NCBI GenBank assembly: GCA_001662655.1
Contig: KV460284.1
Reading direction: 5' to 3' (one strand)
Length of the DNA stretch: 45,507 bases
From: Pseudogymnoascus verrucosus
Taxonomy: Eukaryota
The notes under the pieces are model-generated. The model was not told the origin of the DNA and made no database searches. It worked only from the letters and a program-made list of their open reading frames with translations. This document shows positions 1 to 12,700 of the stretch, in pieces; the stretch's first letter is position 1; each line of letters opens with the position of its first letter. The translations under genes and the position numbers were made by a program.

Positions 1-2129
1 GAGTGCCAAAAGGCAGGCCTTTGCGAATGAGTACTGCATGTTGAAGAATTGAACGCGAGGTCGATCGGTGTAAAGAGTGACTGGTATCCGAGGATACTGA
101 ATGAGCGACAAAGGGCAGAAATAACAAAAAAATGAAGGTCAGCGGCGCAGTAATGTAAAGTGTAAAAGGTTAAGAAAGCTGAAGGCGGAGGTGTCGCAGA
201 TGGACATAGGCAGCGAGGGCCAGGCGCCAGTCCAGTGTCAGCCCCCGCAGGGATCCTCTTACCTGAGGGCCTCATTGGAAATTGGGTGTGAAGTCCATCG
301 AACTGCCCATCTTAGCGGACCAACAGGCAGGTGGATACTCACAGGGAAGAAATTAACGATCATATCGAAGGGTTGGACTGGGGTGTGTCTCCCAAAATAA
401 ACCATAAGTCTAGCCCAGGGCGGACAAGATGGCGAGAAAGTCTCTCAATATTTCCCCGGAACCTACCTTTTGCAGCTGGATGAGGCGAATCATCAAGTGA
501 TCTAGGAACGGCAAATGTTCAGCCCCTTGCCTTGATTGCGGCAATGGTGGTAGGTAGACAGACGATGTATTGATTTGAGGCGTTTCTTTGGTTTGTTGGG
601 GGGGCTCATCGCTGACACGGTAAGGGTCCATGGTTGTAGAGCACCCGCGGCACAGTGTCTGAAAGCCACGAGGTAGGTGCGGCTGGGGGGGAGCAAGAAA
701 GAGTCCGCAGCACGCAACGAACGCATCCATGCATTGGCCCCATGGGTGTCGGTGTCTCTGTTTGTCACTTCACCTGTGCCTCGACGCATCCAATCAAGGA
801 TGCGTAGACGGAAAGTGCATTGGGCGGCGCAGCAGCGACAACAGCAGCAGAGTGAATGGACAGTGAGTGGACAGCGAGTGGACCATGGTGGATGACGGTG
901 GATGGTTGGTGGATTATAGTGGATGACAGTGGATGACAGTGGATCTAAGCCATGGTGCCGCACATTCCGACGTTGACGGGTCTTATTGGATGAATGTGCC
1001 AATGAGGCAGCTGGGGGGAATATTTACCCATGGAGAAGTGGGAATTTAGCAACAGAAGCAACAGTGCGCAATTACGGCTAATCCCCTCTAGTGCCCAAAG
1101 GAGTAAAAAGGAAGCAAGCATGGAGACACCACCACACACCATCAGAACACTAGCGATAGGCAGCGTTAGGCAGTGTGTTGGACTGTGGAGGCAAAAGGGG
1201 ATCAGCAAGATTCTTAAGGGTCTGAAGGTTCTGACCGCCCATGACCGACATCTTAGGCATCTTGCGCATCTCACGGATTTGACCGACCACACCACAACAG
1301 CTTACCTGCTTTGGGGATAGCCGGGTCTAATGGGCCGATCCAGTGAAACTAACGTCAGGAACGGAAGAACTAATCCTCCACATTGCTTATCTTTTTATCT
1401 TTTCTTGTCTCCTGATTGCTGACATCATTTAAGCGAGGTCTCATGTCTTTCGAGTATCGAGTCTGGAGTCTCAGGTCGGGAAGTGGGAACCTCAATCAAG
1501 CCTCACGTCTCACGTTCTCCTTGAAGCAATACAACGCGCGAGTCACATGACACATACATCCCCATCCCAACAACACACCTACCTAACCCTGGCTTATGGG
1601 AATTTCTGAATATGGCAATGCCAAGACAGATATATTGTGCATTATAAGACAATAAACAAACTGCAAATCAACCTCCTACTAACTTCCTTAATAATCAAAG
1701 TCATGTGCTGATTATCTCATTGGACGACAATTGGGAAGGAGCGAGACACCACATCATCATGCCTCGAGTAACCTTAGTAACCTTAGCACCGTTCCTGGCC
1801 TGACAAAGACAGCAATGAGGGGTAAGACACGATATTCAACAGTTTACCTCATAGCTGTCTTAAACACCTATTACTACTCTTCATATTATATTCCATAGTC
1901 CTCTTCTGTCATTATTTAAATCTCCAAAAACCAATGCTATAATGTCTTCGTGAGTGACGACTCTACCCCAGATTCTTCCCTATCGCCTTCCCACTTGGTC
2001 TCTGCCCCGCACATCATCCCTGCCGTGACCTTGGTAGCTCGGTGGCTAACCAGCGAATGCTCACTCCGCAGCACGAACTTGCCAGAGAACATTCTCAAGA
2101 CAACCACTGCTGCACTGAAAGACACAATC

Positions 2130-5100
2130 ATGGGCGGACAACCTGCTGCGGAGGCAGACGGCCAGTATCCTCAATTGTCTGCGAAACCGGTCGGGCAGCG
2201 GATCTCGCGGATTTATAAGGAGCGCATTAACTCGTTTACGGCGGGTGGCCAATATGAGAGCCAAAACTTACGATCGTGAGTTGATTTAATGGCGGTAATT
2301 ATAATACCAGAACCGTCGCTGATTACGTATTTGATAGTATGCTGAATGAGGCTGTGGTGTCTGGAGAACCGCATGTCAGACTATCAGTCTATAACGTGCC
2401 AGACCTTGCTCGGCCGCCCTTCAAAGATGCTGTTTCCCACGACTTTAAGCCCACCAAAGTCGGCGAGTCTTTTGGCCCGTCGTGGTCAACCCACTGGTTC
2501 AAGGTGGCTATCACAATTCCTAAGGAGCTACTGAAGAAGGAGCTTCTTGAGTTACACTGGGATGGTAATAACGAGGCGCTCGTGTGGTCTGAGGATGGCC
2601 ACCCATTGCAGGGCCTAACAGGCGGAGGCGAAAGAGTAGAATGGGTTATTCCTGATTCCTTCAGAGACGGGAAAGAACATATCGTATACGTCGAGATGGC
2701 CTGTAATGGCATGTTCGGCAATGCTCCTGGAGGAGACTCCATCCAGCCACCTGATCCAAACAGGTATTTCAGACTAGGCAAGGCGGAGATTGTCGCCGTT
2801 AACGTTCAGGCGAGGGCTTTACGCCTGGACTTCTGGGTTATTGGCGATGCTGCGAAAGAGTTCCCAGAAAATTCCTGGGAGCAGCACAAAGCACTTCAGG
2901 TCGCAACGTCAATAATTGACGCTTTCGAGGCTGGCAACCAGGATTCGATTATAAAAGGTAGGAAGATTGCCCAGGAATACTTGGGTGAGAACGTAGACTC
3001 CGAAAAGGTCTACGAAACCGGCACCGAACCTCTTGTATATGGAATTGGTAACTGCCACATCGATACATGTTGGCTCTGGCCATGGGCCGAGACCAAAAGA
3101 AAGGTCGCCAGAAGTTGGACAAGTCAATGCAACCTCCTTGATTCCTATCCAGAGCATCGTTTTACGGTCTCCCAAGCACAGCAATTCAAATGGTTGAAGG
3201 AGTTCTATCCATCCCTCTTTGATAGAGTCAAGGCGCATATTAAGAAGGGTAACTTCCAGACTGTTGGAGGTAGCTGGGTGGAACACGATACAAATATGCC
3301 AAGTGGAGAATCACTTGCTCGTCAGTTCCTATACGGCCAACGCTTTTTCGAGAGCAACTTCGGGGAGCGATGCAAGACGTTCTGGCTTCCAGACACCTTC
3401 GGCTACTCCGCGCAACTCCCGCAATTGTGCAGGCAATCGGGCATGAAGCGCTTCTTTACCCAGAAGTTGAGCTGGAACAATATCAATAAATTCCCGCACA
3501 CCACGTTCAATTGGGTGTCCCTTGATGGAAGCCAGGTTATCTGCCACATGTGTCCGTCTGAGACGTATACTGCGGAAGCTAACCTTGGCGACCTTCGTAA
3601 GAGCGTAACCCAACATAAGTCGATGGATCAGGATGCGACCTCGCTCTTGGTCTTTGGGAAGGGTGACGGTGGTGGCGGTCCTACATGGGAGCATTTGGAG
3701 AAGCTCAGACGTTGCAGAGGGTTGAGTGATAAAATAGGCTCATTGCCTAGAGTTCACATGGGACAGTCCGTGGAGGACTTCTATGACCGACTTGAAGACC
3801 GAATTGGGAAGGGCTTGGATCTCGTCACTTGGTATGGTGAGCTGTACTTTGAGCTTCACCGTGGGACATACACGACCCAGGCGAACAACAAGCGCAATAA
3901 TCGGAAGGCTGAGTTCCTGCTTCGTGATATTGAGCTTTTGGCTACTGCTGCGTCTCTTAAGAATTCGAAATACAAGTATCCTAAGGAGGATATAGATGAT
4001 ATATGGGAGGCTACGTTACTGTGCCAGTTCCATGATTGCCTACCGGGGAGTTCGATAGAGATGTGCTACGACGACTCCGATGAAGTAAGGACCCCCTACC
4101 CAACTACTTGAAACATTCTAATTGAACTTGCAGCTTTACGAAAAGGCATTCACAACTGGGCATAGACTTTTAAAAGAAGCCCACAAAGCACTTGGTCTTG
4201 AGGACCCTGTAATTTCTGGGGTCAGTGGTGGACTTGTTGCTGTGAACACCCTTCCATGGTATCGCAAAGAGATCGTGAGAATCTCAGAGACCGCAGTCGG
4301 CGTAGTTTGTGGAAGCGGAACTGCCATCAAAATCAAGCCATTCAACATCGCCGAAAAGCCAGCCGTGACAGTCCGCGAAGTCATCAAAGACGTCTTCGTC
4401 CTAGAAAACGACCAGCTCAGAGTCCAGGTCGAAGGCGGGAACATCACATCCCTCTACGACCACCGAGCCGGCCGCGAAGTCATCCCCAAAGGCAGCCGGG
4501 CCAACCAGCTCGTGATCTTCGACGACAAGCCGCTCTACTGGCAAGCCTGGGACGTCGAAGTGTACCACCTCGACTCACGCAAGGAGCTCCACGCCACCAG
4601 CACCCGCGTCGTTGAGAACACCCCCCACCGCGTCAGCGTCCAGAGCGAGACCCGCATCAGCGACGTCTCCTGGATCAAAACAACCATCAGCCTCAGCGCC
4701 GCCTTCGTCAACACCCCCTCCCTCGTCGAAATCACCGCCAACGTCGAGTGGCGCGAAACCATGCGCTTCCTCAAGGTCGAATTCCCCGTCGACATCCGCA
4801 ACACCGAGGCCTCATACGAAACGGCATTCGGCATCGTGCGCCGCCCTACACACTACAACACCACCTGGGACATGGCCAAGTTTGAGGTCTGCTGCCACAA
4901 GTGGGCTGATCTGAGCGAGCATGGCTACGGCGTGTCGGTGCTCAACGAGTCGAAGTACGGGTTCGCGACGTGTGGGAATGTGATGAGACTTAGTCTCCTG
5001 AGAGCCCCCAAGGCGCCCGACGCGCATGCGGATATGGGGAGGCATCAGATTAAATGGGCGTTGTTACCGCATCAGGGGGAGCTGGGAAGTGAGACGATCA

Positions 5101-5474
5101 GGGCGGGGTATGCGTTTAACAACCCCATGCGTGTGCTGCGCGCGCCGGTGGCGGCGGTGGAGGCGCTGAATGTACTTGATATCCGTATCACGGGGGATGC
5201 GAGTCTGGTGCTTGATACGGTGAAGAGGGGGGAGGATGATGAGGATGTTAGTCGGGGGGAGCTGCCGAAGAGGGGGGGGAGGAGTGTGGTGCTGAGGATC
5301 TTTGATAGTTTGGGGGGGACTAGTAGGGGGGTGATTGAGACGGGGTTTAAAGTGAAAAAGGCGTGGAAGACGAATGTGTTGGAGGATGAGGGGGTGGAGG
5401 TGGAGGTTGGGGAGGGAGGGGTGAGGATTTGCTTGAGGCCGTTTGAGGTTGCTACGTTTAGGTTGGAGGTTTAG
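2130..5474 (+). CDS. AMS1: Vacuolar/cytosolic alpha-mannosidase (GH38), 3 exons: 2130-2275, 2338-4084, 4134-5474
   Basis: GH38 motifs (GNCHIDTCWLWP, FWLPDTFGYS, WYGELYFELHRGTYT, QFHDCLPGSSI, RPTHYNTTWDMAKFEVC). Introns GTGAGT..TAG (2276-2337) and GTAAGG..CAG (4085-4133) join the three ORFs in frame. Confidence 0.95.
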
Positions 5475-5652
5475 GGGGGAGACAGTCCTGCGAAGGTTTA
5501 ACGGCTGGGAGGGGGAGTCAGTGGTAGCCCCGGAGAGTCAAATTGAATATGTGATGAGCTCGATGGTATGCACTTAGTCTCCAAATGTATGTAATAAGCA
5601 GAGTCTCCCTCCTACTAATAACACTATATTACCCCGCCACCACCCATCCAGC

Positions 5653-6612
5653 TCACGCCACGATCTTCACCCAATCCGTGCACCGAACAGGCTTAGCCTC
5701 AGCAGGCTCAATCGCCGCAATAACCTCCTCCACAAGCCAACGATACGACATCCTTCGGGACTCGCCATGATGATTGCCACCCCCGCCTCCCTGAATAAGC
5801 CGCACATTCGTTCCCTGCTTGTTAATCGCCGTCCGCAGCGCAGCTACGAGGGACCATCCGCTGATTTCACGCAGGCGGAGGACTTTTCCGTCTCGGTAGT
5901 AGGTGCGGCTGTTGGTGGACCATGAGGGGTCGTATATGGTCATCTGGTTACTGTTAGGATATTCTGTGCTGTCTGTGGGATAGGGGAGGGGGGAGGGGGG
6001 GGGACCCACCACATTATCCTCCCACTTAACCACAATAACATTCCCCGGCGTCTCAGGCTCCTCCCACAACCTCCTCCTCTCCTCTGCACTCCTCGTACCC
6101 TCCGTCCGCCCCGCCTGATCCGCAGCAGCGAAGTTAGTCCACGGTGCTAAACCCATGATGACAGCTAGGTTGACGTTTCCCTTCCTCCGCCGGAACGTAT
6201 CATGCATGAACTCCGTTAGTTTCCCACGCTCTTGGACTTCGACATCCAGCTCGGCATTAGTGAATTGCTCAGCTGTTGGGTCCTGGTTGCGCGCGGCTTG
6301 GACGCGCCGGAGATGGGTCTCGGCTTTTGTGGTGTTGAGGTATTGGAGTTCTTTGGGGAATATGTTGATGGTCTTGGCATTGGTGGAAGGGGGAAGACTG
6401 GGGTCCTTGGGTTCGAGGTTGGCTAGGTCGGCGGCACGCTTGATCGAGAGAAGGAATGCGTTGATGACCTCGAGGCGTGCGTCTGCTGCTGGTTCATGGT
6501 TCCGGAGGCCTTTGAGGATCTTGAGGGCTGCGGATTTGTTGGATTCGGTGGATCCGTTGGTCGGTTAGGCGGGAGATGGGGGGGGTGGGGGTGGTGGCGA
6601 TGAGGGGGCCAT
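5653..6612 (-). pseudogene. Hypothetical protein gene (about 319 codons) with an in-frame TAA at codon 16
   Basis: ATG at 6612 (context ACC ATG G) reads MAPSSPPPPPPPSPA, then TAA at 6567-6565. The same frame stays open (PTNGSTESNKSAALKILKGLRNHEPAADARLEV...) into the listed ORF 5653..6207. Confidence 0.55.
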
Positions 6613-8165
6613 GGTTGTTGTAGGGGTAGCAGGCCTGGTAGAGGCAGCTGAGGAGGAAGAAACTCGTCCTCGTCCTAACGGACCTTGAGGACGTGATGTG
6701 TGTGTGGAGATGTGGTAGAGTTCAGGGTAGCTGGGGTGTCGGAGTGCACGGTGGTTGGAAATGGGAATAACGCCAGGTTGAGTGTGTAAACTTGATATTG
6801 AAATGTATGTTGCCAGTCGTCCGCCTCGCGGAAGCTGGTGTGGTCTAGCGCGTTGTAGCTGGTAGACAAAGAAATAATGAAATAGGGGATTTCTGCGCCC
6901 AATTTGGAGGAGGTATTGGTCTGTATGTGGTTGCAGCTCGCCTGGGAGGTAAAGGGAGAAGAAAGCCCCCTTCTACAACTCTATTTACTACTTAATCGCG
7001 GGTGGAAGGAAAGTGCGTTCGTGAGAAGATGTAGGAGCAATATACGTTTGCAACTACTAAATATTACAGGTACCTTTATATGGTAAACTGTACTTAACGT
7101 AACTTAAGATAGCAAAAAGATGGAGATATAGTTGGATTTTTAAAATAAAAAAATATATAATACTATCTATACCTAGAAGCATATAGATTTTATAATTTTA
7201 TGCAAGATTGTGATGCCAGAGCTGCTGTTTTCAGCTGGCTTTGGTTGCTGCTTTACGCCACCACGAACACCAAGATCTAGACTACCCTATCAATAGTCAG
7301 GTTGGTACAGGAGTTGTAGGTTCCCGCTGTAACACTTCAAAGGTTCATGTAGGTCTTTACAAGCTATGCCTGCTAGCAAGTGGCTATACAGCATTAGCTA
7401 CAGCTCCGGTGTTTGCTCTGTATTGCTTTGCTACTGCTATACTGTTAAATAGGAGAGGCTAGGACAGGTTCACTTAGTTCTTTACTTGCTTTCGTCTTTA
7501 TTTAAAGATCGAGAGTAATAAACTTAGATGTCTAATAACAAATCACTTTCCAACTTCACATCATAGTGTACGTCCTAGTCCATGTTGCGTCAAAAACTCC
7601 ACATTTACTTTCTGTTAAACTGTGCGGGTAGCATTCAGTAGAATAGGAAGATATGAATTGATACAGCCCTCAAACTACTTACAAGGGGTCCTTTATCTTT
7701 GTGAGGCTGTGCTTCGAGGAGATGTTTGTGGAACTGTTTCTCGTAGATGAATATCCCTTTGCGTTGTAGCAGCCTTCATTATATAATCATTGTTGGTTGT
7801 GGCGCAGGCTGTTGCAACTTCCATGTAGACAGCCAATGACTTCCTTGCACTATTTTCGTATGGGTGTCTTTCGATACGCAACCATGTCATTATGCAGGCC
7901 TCACATTGTGGCTGCAAAATGGCGCAGTAAAAGGACGACAGCTAGGGCTTCGGTCGTGAAAGTACTATCTGATTGATGAGGATATATAGGTGGCATGCGC
8001 ACGTCTCTAATGCAACTATAATTACAGTTGAGTTTGGTATTCTCACTTAAAGGTGTTTGTGGCCTGCATTTTTTTACTACGACTCTTTCATTTATATTCT
8101 CCGCAGAATACTTTAAAGCTAAAAGTATACCAAATAATAGTTCAGTATCGACGAATCAGGTCAAA

Positions 8166-9182
8166 ATGAAGGTTGAAGCTCAGACTCCATTCTCAAGTGC
8201 TTGCAAAGCTACACAATGGGATCCGGAAGCTATACTGGGCATTATAAACCCAGATCGAGGATCCTTTACTTGCGTGGGCTACGCACCGTCCATGCGGCGA
8301 CAATGCCGGAACCCGATTGCGCGAAATAATCGTGACTTTGTGTACGGACTGCTCGATCTCCTCGCCTTAATGGGTCCTAGTAGCGGCAACTTTGCGACTC
8401 TGCTGGAAGAAGCGGCATATCGGTCTTTATGTTGGCGGCACGGTATCCAGGCTGACGACATCGTGAAGAAGTGGGAAGCCAGTATCGTTGCATTAAACCT
8501 ACCTGGCCCTGAGGCTAAGGGGAAAGGAAAGCAATCCAAAAACCGCACAAAGGAGTCGCAGTCAACGCGCTCATATTATACTCGCTACACGGATGAGTAT
8601 GTCAAGACTAAGGCAGAGGATATGAAACAGAAAGAGCGAGAACAGGATTGTCGGGAGGCTCAACAGGACCAGCAACGGAAGAAGAGGCAAGAGGAGCAAG
8701 ACAAGGAGAAATTGCAGCAGGAACGGCGAGACAAAGAGGCTCGCGAGCGAAGGCAACGTGAGGCACAGAAACGTGGAGAACGAGAGCAACAAGCGAGAGA
8801 GCAAGCCATGAAGGAACGAAGAGAGTGGCAACAAGCGTGGCAAAATTACGTGACTAAATGGGCAGCTTTTAAAGAAGCCAAGCACGAGCCCTGTACAGTG
8901 CAACAAGCTCAAGCGCTCATTCCGTGGCCAGTGAAATCCGGCAGATTTGGAGATTTAACCAGAGAACATGTTAGGGGCTTCTATCGCGAGGCGTGCCCGG
9001 ATACGAAAACGACCGCGATGTTTAAAACTATGCAGCGTGAGAGTTTGAAGTGGCACCCGGATAAAATGGTTAACCTGTATCGCAATTGTGCACCAGGTGA
9101 TGCGGATAAGATGGTTATTGGGATGATTTGCAGAGTTGTGCTTGAGTTAAGAGAGGAAGCGAAGGCGATGAGAGATGAGTGA
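8166..9182 (+). CDS. Hypothetical protein: N-terminal Cys/His motif, central charged coiled coil, C-terminal J-domain-like WHPDK motif
   Basis: Single ORF; likely start is the ATG at 8166 (AAA ATG). Contains C-x9-C (TCVGYAPSMRRQCRN) and LCWRH, an E/R/Q/K-rich helix, IPWP and LKWHPDK. Confidence 0.75.
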   Translation: MKVEAQTPFSSACKATQWDPEAILGIINPDRGSFTCVGYAPSMRRQCRNPIARNNRDFVYGLLDLLALMGPSSGNFATLLEEAAYRSLCWRHGIQADDIVKKWEASIVALNLPGPEAKGKGKQSKNRTKESQSTRSYYTRYTDEYVKTKAEDMKQKEREQDCREAQQDQQRKKRQEEQDKEKLQQERRDKEARERRQREAQKRGEREQQAREQAMKERREWQQAWQNYVTKWAAFKEAKHEPCTVQQAQALIPWPVKSGRFGDLTREHVRGFYREACPDTKTTAMFKTMQRESLKWHPDKMVNLYRNCAPGDADKMVIGMICRVVLELREEAKAMRDE

Positions 9183-10518
9183 TTAGATACGTTACCAGTG
9201 TTTGTAAGTCTACTGAAGATGGTAGTGTTGTGGTCTTTACCAGGCTAGGATTGGGGCGGGGAACCATGCTCTGAGGTAGATAGGTTGGCGAACACCGCGA
9301 CTAAGATGTTTGCAGTCGGGAGAGGGAGTTGTTGCCATTTGATAGAACTCGAAAGCGGCAGCAGGCACATGCAGGCGTATTGCCTGATTAAGGCGGGCAC
9401 TAAACCCGAAGCTCGAACACCACGATCTAGATTATAAGATTATAAAGTTACTAATTACTAAAAAGGGTGTAAAATAGGCTCATATTAAAAATATAGAAAA
9501 TGAAGAAGTTCTGATATTTACAAATTTACTATATAAATGTCTCCGAACGCACTTTCCTTCCACCCACGATTAGTGTCAATGTGACACCACAAAACGCCTC
9601 CTTAACAATCACGTGCCCCTAAATATCTCTACCCCCAGGCATGAGGTGGGCGTAGAGTTAGTTAAAAGAAAAACAGAAACTATCGATGTGCTGTGATGAA
9701 CTCGGCAGCAAGCGTATGTGATAGTGATGGTGCTACCCCAATTGTGATACTGTACCACAAAACGCCATCCCGAAAGCCAACAATCACGTGTCCCATGTAT
9801 TGTCTCGGACTTCCATCCCAACCAAGCGGTCCAACAACGTGACGGCCGAGCGCCATGCACGTGCCCCGTCGGTGTCCGTCCTATTGTGAAAGGTATCCCG
9901 TCGGTCATCCCGTTTTGGCCTCTAATCCCGTTCTCGGCATTCCTCCCCTCTTGTCCCTTCTTTCCCCTCTCCTCTAATTCTGGCAGAACTCCAGCTCTAA
10001 AACAGGACCCCAACACACCCCCTCGAAACAACAGGAGCGATTGAAACACTAAAAATAACCCTCCTTGAAACTGCGTCTGCGTTTCACAGCGCACTCTCAA
10101 AACTCACACCCGCATCCAACCAAGCTAAAAATACCCACACCTCTCACCATCCCTGTCCCCCGTCTGCTCCCGCAGGCCCCACACCATTAGCTTATTAAAA
10201 GAACCCAATCAGAGCGCGTACATAAGATTCCAGCGCCGTGGGTGATCCTGTAGCCGCCGGGAGGGGGAGGGGTGCGGGTACGTACCGGCGTGGAGACTGG
10301 GGGTGTGTGGTGCTGCTTTTAGGGGATTTTGGCGGGGTGAACTGGGTGGGTGATGGGTGATCGACGGGCAATGGGGGGAGTTTGTTTCTGTGTCTTATTT
10401 TCGTGATGTCGTCGTCGCTGTGCACAGCTGCGCCGCAGGAACGAGGTTTTTTTCTGGCGGTTTTTTTTATTAGGAACTATTGGTATGCGCAAGCGGATAT
10501 TGATTGCTCATCGGGATC

Positions 10519-10770
10519 TTGGCTTTGTTGGGGAGTGGAGAGAAGTAGTACTAACCGGCTAAATGTCTAGATATCCCTCCAGTAAATATCCTCTCGACGG
10601 CGTCAAGTATGCCTAATTGGGACATCAAATACTGCATTTGCTCGTAGGGGCCTTGGCTTTGTTAGTTATTAGAGAAAAGTAATTTGAGCCGGTTAAGTGT
10701 TTGGATAATTCTTCAGCAAAATATCCACTCGAGGGCATCAAGTATGTCTATAAGATAGTAAATACTGCGT
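10519..10770. repeat. Degenerate tandem duplication (2 x about 133 bp) upstream of the secreted-protein gene
   Basis: TTGGCTTTGTT...CCGG(C/T)TAA(A/G)TGT...AATATCC(T/A)CTCGA(C/G)GGC(G/A)TCAAGTATG...AAATACTGC occurs at about 10519-10637 and again at about 10652-10769. Confidence 0.8.
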
Positions 10771-10845
10771 ATTATATCCTTCTGTTATAGCACGCCTCCA
10801 AATCAGTCTCATATTACAACCAAAACAAACCACACTGTTATAATC

Positions 10846-11244
10846 ATGCGGTTCACAACTACCACTACCCTCTCTACGCTCTCGCTTCTCCTCGCCTTAC
10901 CAACACTCAGTACGGCTACGCCATGCAAGGCCAACGAAGTCGGTGTTGGTTACACCTACATGACCAATGGTCAAACCCCTCAAGGGGCGGGAGTTCTCTG
11001 GGTTCAGCCCACAATCTTTGCTACCGACTGTGGAGTTCTTGCCAGCAGCCATCAGAGTCATTACTGTAATATGGGGTGGGATGACCCTAGCGGTATTGTC
11101 GCCTGTGATAAAGACCGTAAAGCCACAGGTGTGGTCCTCAACGGTCGACACTATGGCAATTGTTACTCACCATCATCCTACATCTGTGCCGCCTGGTTAT
11201 GGGGTAAAGCCTCAGCGGAAATGTGCTGCATCCGGGATGTGTAA
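10846..11244 (+). CDS. Small secreted cysteine-rich protein (132 aa, 8 Cys), effector-like
   Basis: Hydrophobic signal-peptide-like N-terminus (MRFTTTTTLSTLSLLLALPTLSTA), 8 Cys in the mature part ending in CC, intronless, TATAA about 100 bp upstream. Confidence 0.8.
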   Translation: MRFTTTTTLSTLSLLLALPTLSTATPCKANEVGVGYTYMTNGQTPQGAGVLWVQPTIFATDCGVLASSHQSHYCNMGWDDPSGIVACDKDRKATGVVLNGRHYGNCYSPSSYICAAWLWGKASAEMCCIRDV

Positions 11245-12016
11245 GGACGAGGAATCAGATGTGGTTGTGTGTATGTACAATACTGCGTGCTGAGGGCAGT
11301 CGAGATGGCGATGTGGTGGCTTTGGCAGCGGGAGCTTGGACACGTTGCGGGCTGCAGATATGGTAGTGGGTTGGTTGGTCGAGGCCATGGCGACCGGCTG
11401 TTTAGGGAGGAATGGTCGCGTATTGGGTTCTGTTTATTTGTTTATTTTGTTAGAGGAGGCAGAGGAGAGTCAAAACGTGATGTGGACGTGCTTGATATAT
11501 GAATCTTCATTTCTTGCTATGTACGGGCATCTAACCCTCCCACTCCGCAATGACATAACATGTATGCCTCCCATTGACCCCCCGTATAGTCCCCCATAAC
11601 GAACTCCAAAAGCACACTCCCATAAAAACGCCTGCTCCCGCCATCCCGTCCCAGCATACGTAGCATAGGCAGACGGGAGACAAAGTACCCCCCTCCCACC
11701 CCAACCCCGCCCCCAGCTGCTCCGAGTGCTCCAAGCCTGAAGCCGAGCGTTCCTCGAGCGCATGCGTTGCGTGCGTGGCTCGTTAAATAGAAAACAACCG
11801 TTTTTCTCCGTGTCCGAGAGGTATATAGTTCGATGTGATGGATAAATAAGGTAGATAGGTAGTGTGCGATGTGTCCAGCGCATCTTAAATTAGTGTGTTG
11901 ATTTTCGTATCCACGGCCCAAATTCATGGTAATTGGGCTGTCGATGTGAAGGCCTTCACCTCACCCGGTATCGACCTAGCGATCCGGTGAGGCTCCCCAT
12001 AGCCATTCGTAACTCT

Positions 12017-12700
12017 CTACTCGATCCTCCTCCTCTTCCCCTTCGGCGCCGCGCTCATCCTCGGCGTATATGTGACGGTGCGCGTGACAATCTCACGTAT
12101 TTGTTTTACGCCGCTACGGCTCGTCTTCGGGCTTTTGACGTCGAACCAGCGTCCCTTGAGCGCGATGTCCCAGTCGTGAGGACTACGGGCGCTGAAGGGG
12201 GAGCGAATGCTGGTGGCGCTCATAGGGTGTGCGCTGTATGGGTTTGCGCTGAGCGGGGAGCGGGCGTCCTTTAGAGAGAAGGCGGGGGAGGGAGGTATGC
12301 GGAGGCGGATGCGAGAGGTGGAGGGGGCGGAGGTGGGGTAGACAAAAGGCGAGGGCGCGGGTGATTTGTGTGGGAGGGTGTGGTCATCGTCGGTGATGGG
12401 TGAGACTGAGGTGGTAGAGCCGCCGTCGGAGTGGGCGGTGGAGGAGGGAGTTGTCGAGCCAGACTTGGGCTTGTCGGCTACGACGGGTGAAGCCATGCTC
12501 TTGAGGAAATCGAGGTAGGCGGACGGCGGGGTGATGGGGGTCTTGGTATCGCACTCGATCTTGATGTAGTCGGGGAAAGCAGAGAGAGGCGTGCGAGCAG
12601 ACCGGGCGCTGAGTTCAGAGGGGAATGGAGAGGGAAAAGACGCTGTCTGAGGCGTCTTCAGCTTTGGCAGCGTCGGGCGGGTAGTCGTTGAAGCGGCCAT
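12017..12700 (-). CDS. Ser/Pro/Thr-rich hypothetical protein (227 aa) with C-terminal basic NLS-like tail
   Basis: Likely start AAA ATG GCC at 12700 inside the listed ORF. Coding-like codon bias, many S/T-P sites, ends TRTVTYTPRMSAAPKGKRRRIE. Confidence 0.7.
   Translation of the reverse strand: MAASTTTRPTLPKLKTPQTASFPSPFPSELSARSARTPLSAFPDYIKIECDTKTPITPPSAYLDFLKSMASPVVADKPKSGSTTPSSTAHSDGGSTTSVSPITDDDHTLPHKSPAPSPFVYPTSAPSTSRIRLRIPPSPAFSLKDARSPLSANPYSAHPMSATSIRSPFSARSPHDWDIALKGRWFDVKSPKTSRSGVKQIREIVTRTVTYTPRMSAAPKGKRRRIE

Noticed and set aside
191..1320. Several overlapping short ORFs and minus-strand splice-donor-like sites (about 262, 341, 1306)
   Set aside because: No recognisable protein motifs. 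They may be upstream sequence of a gene outside the window, but this cannot be supported.
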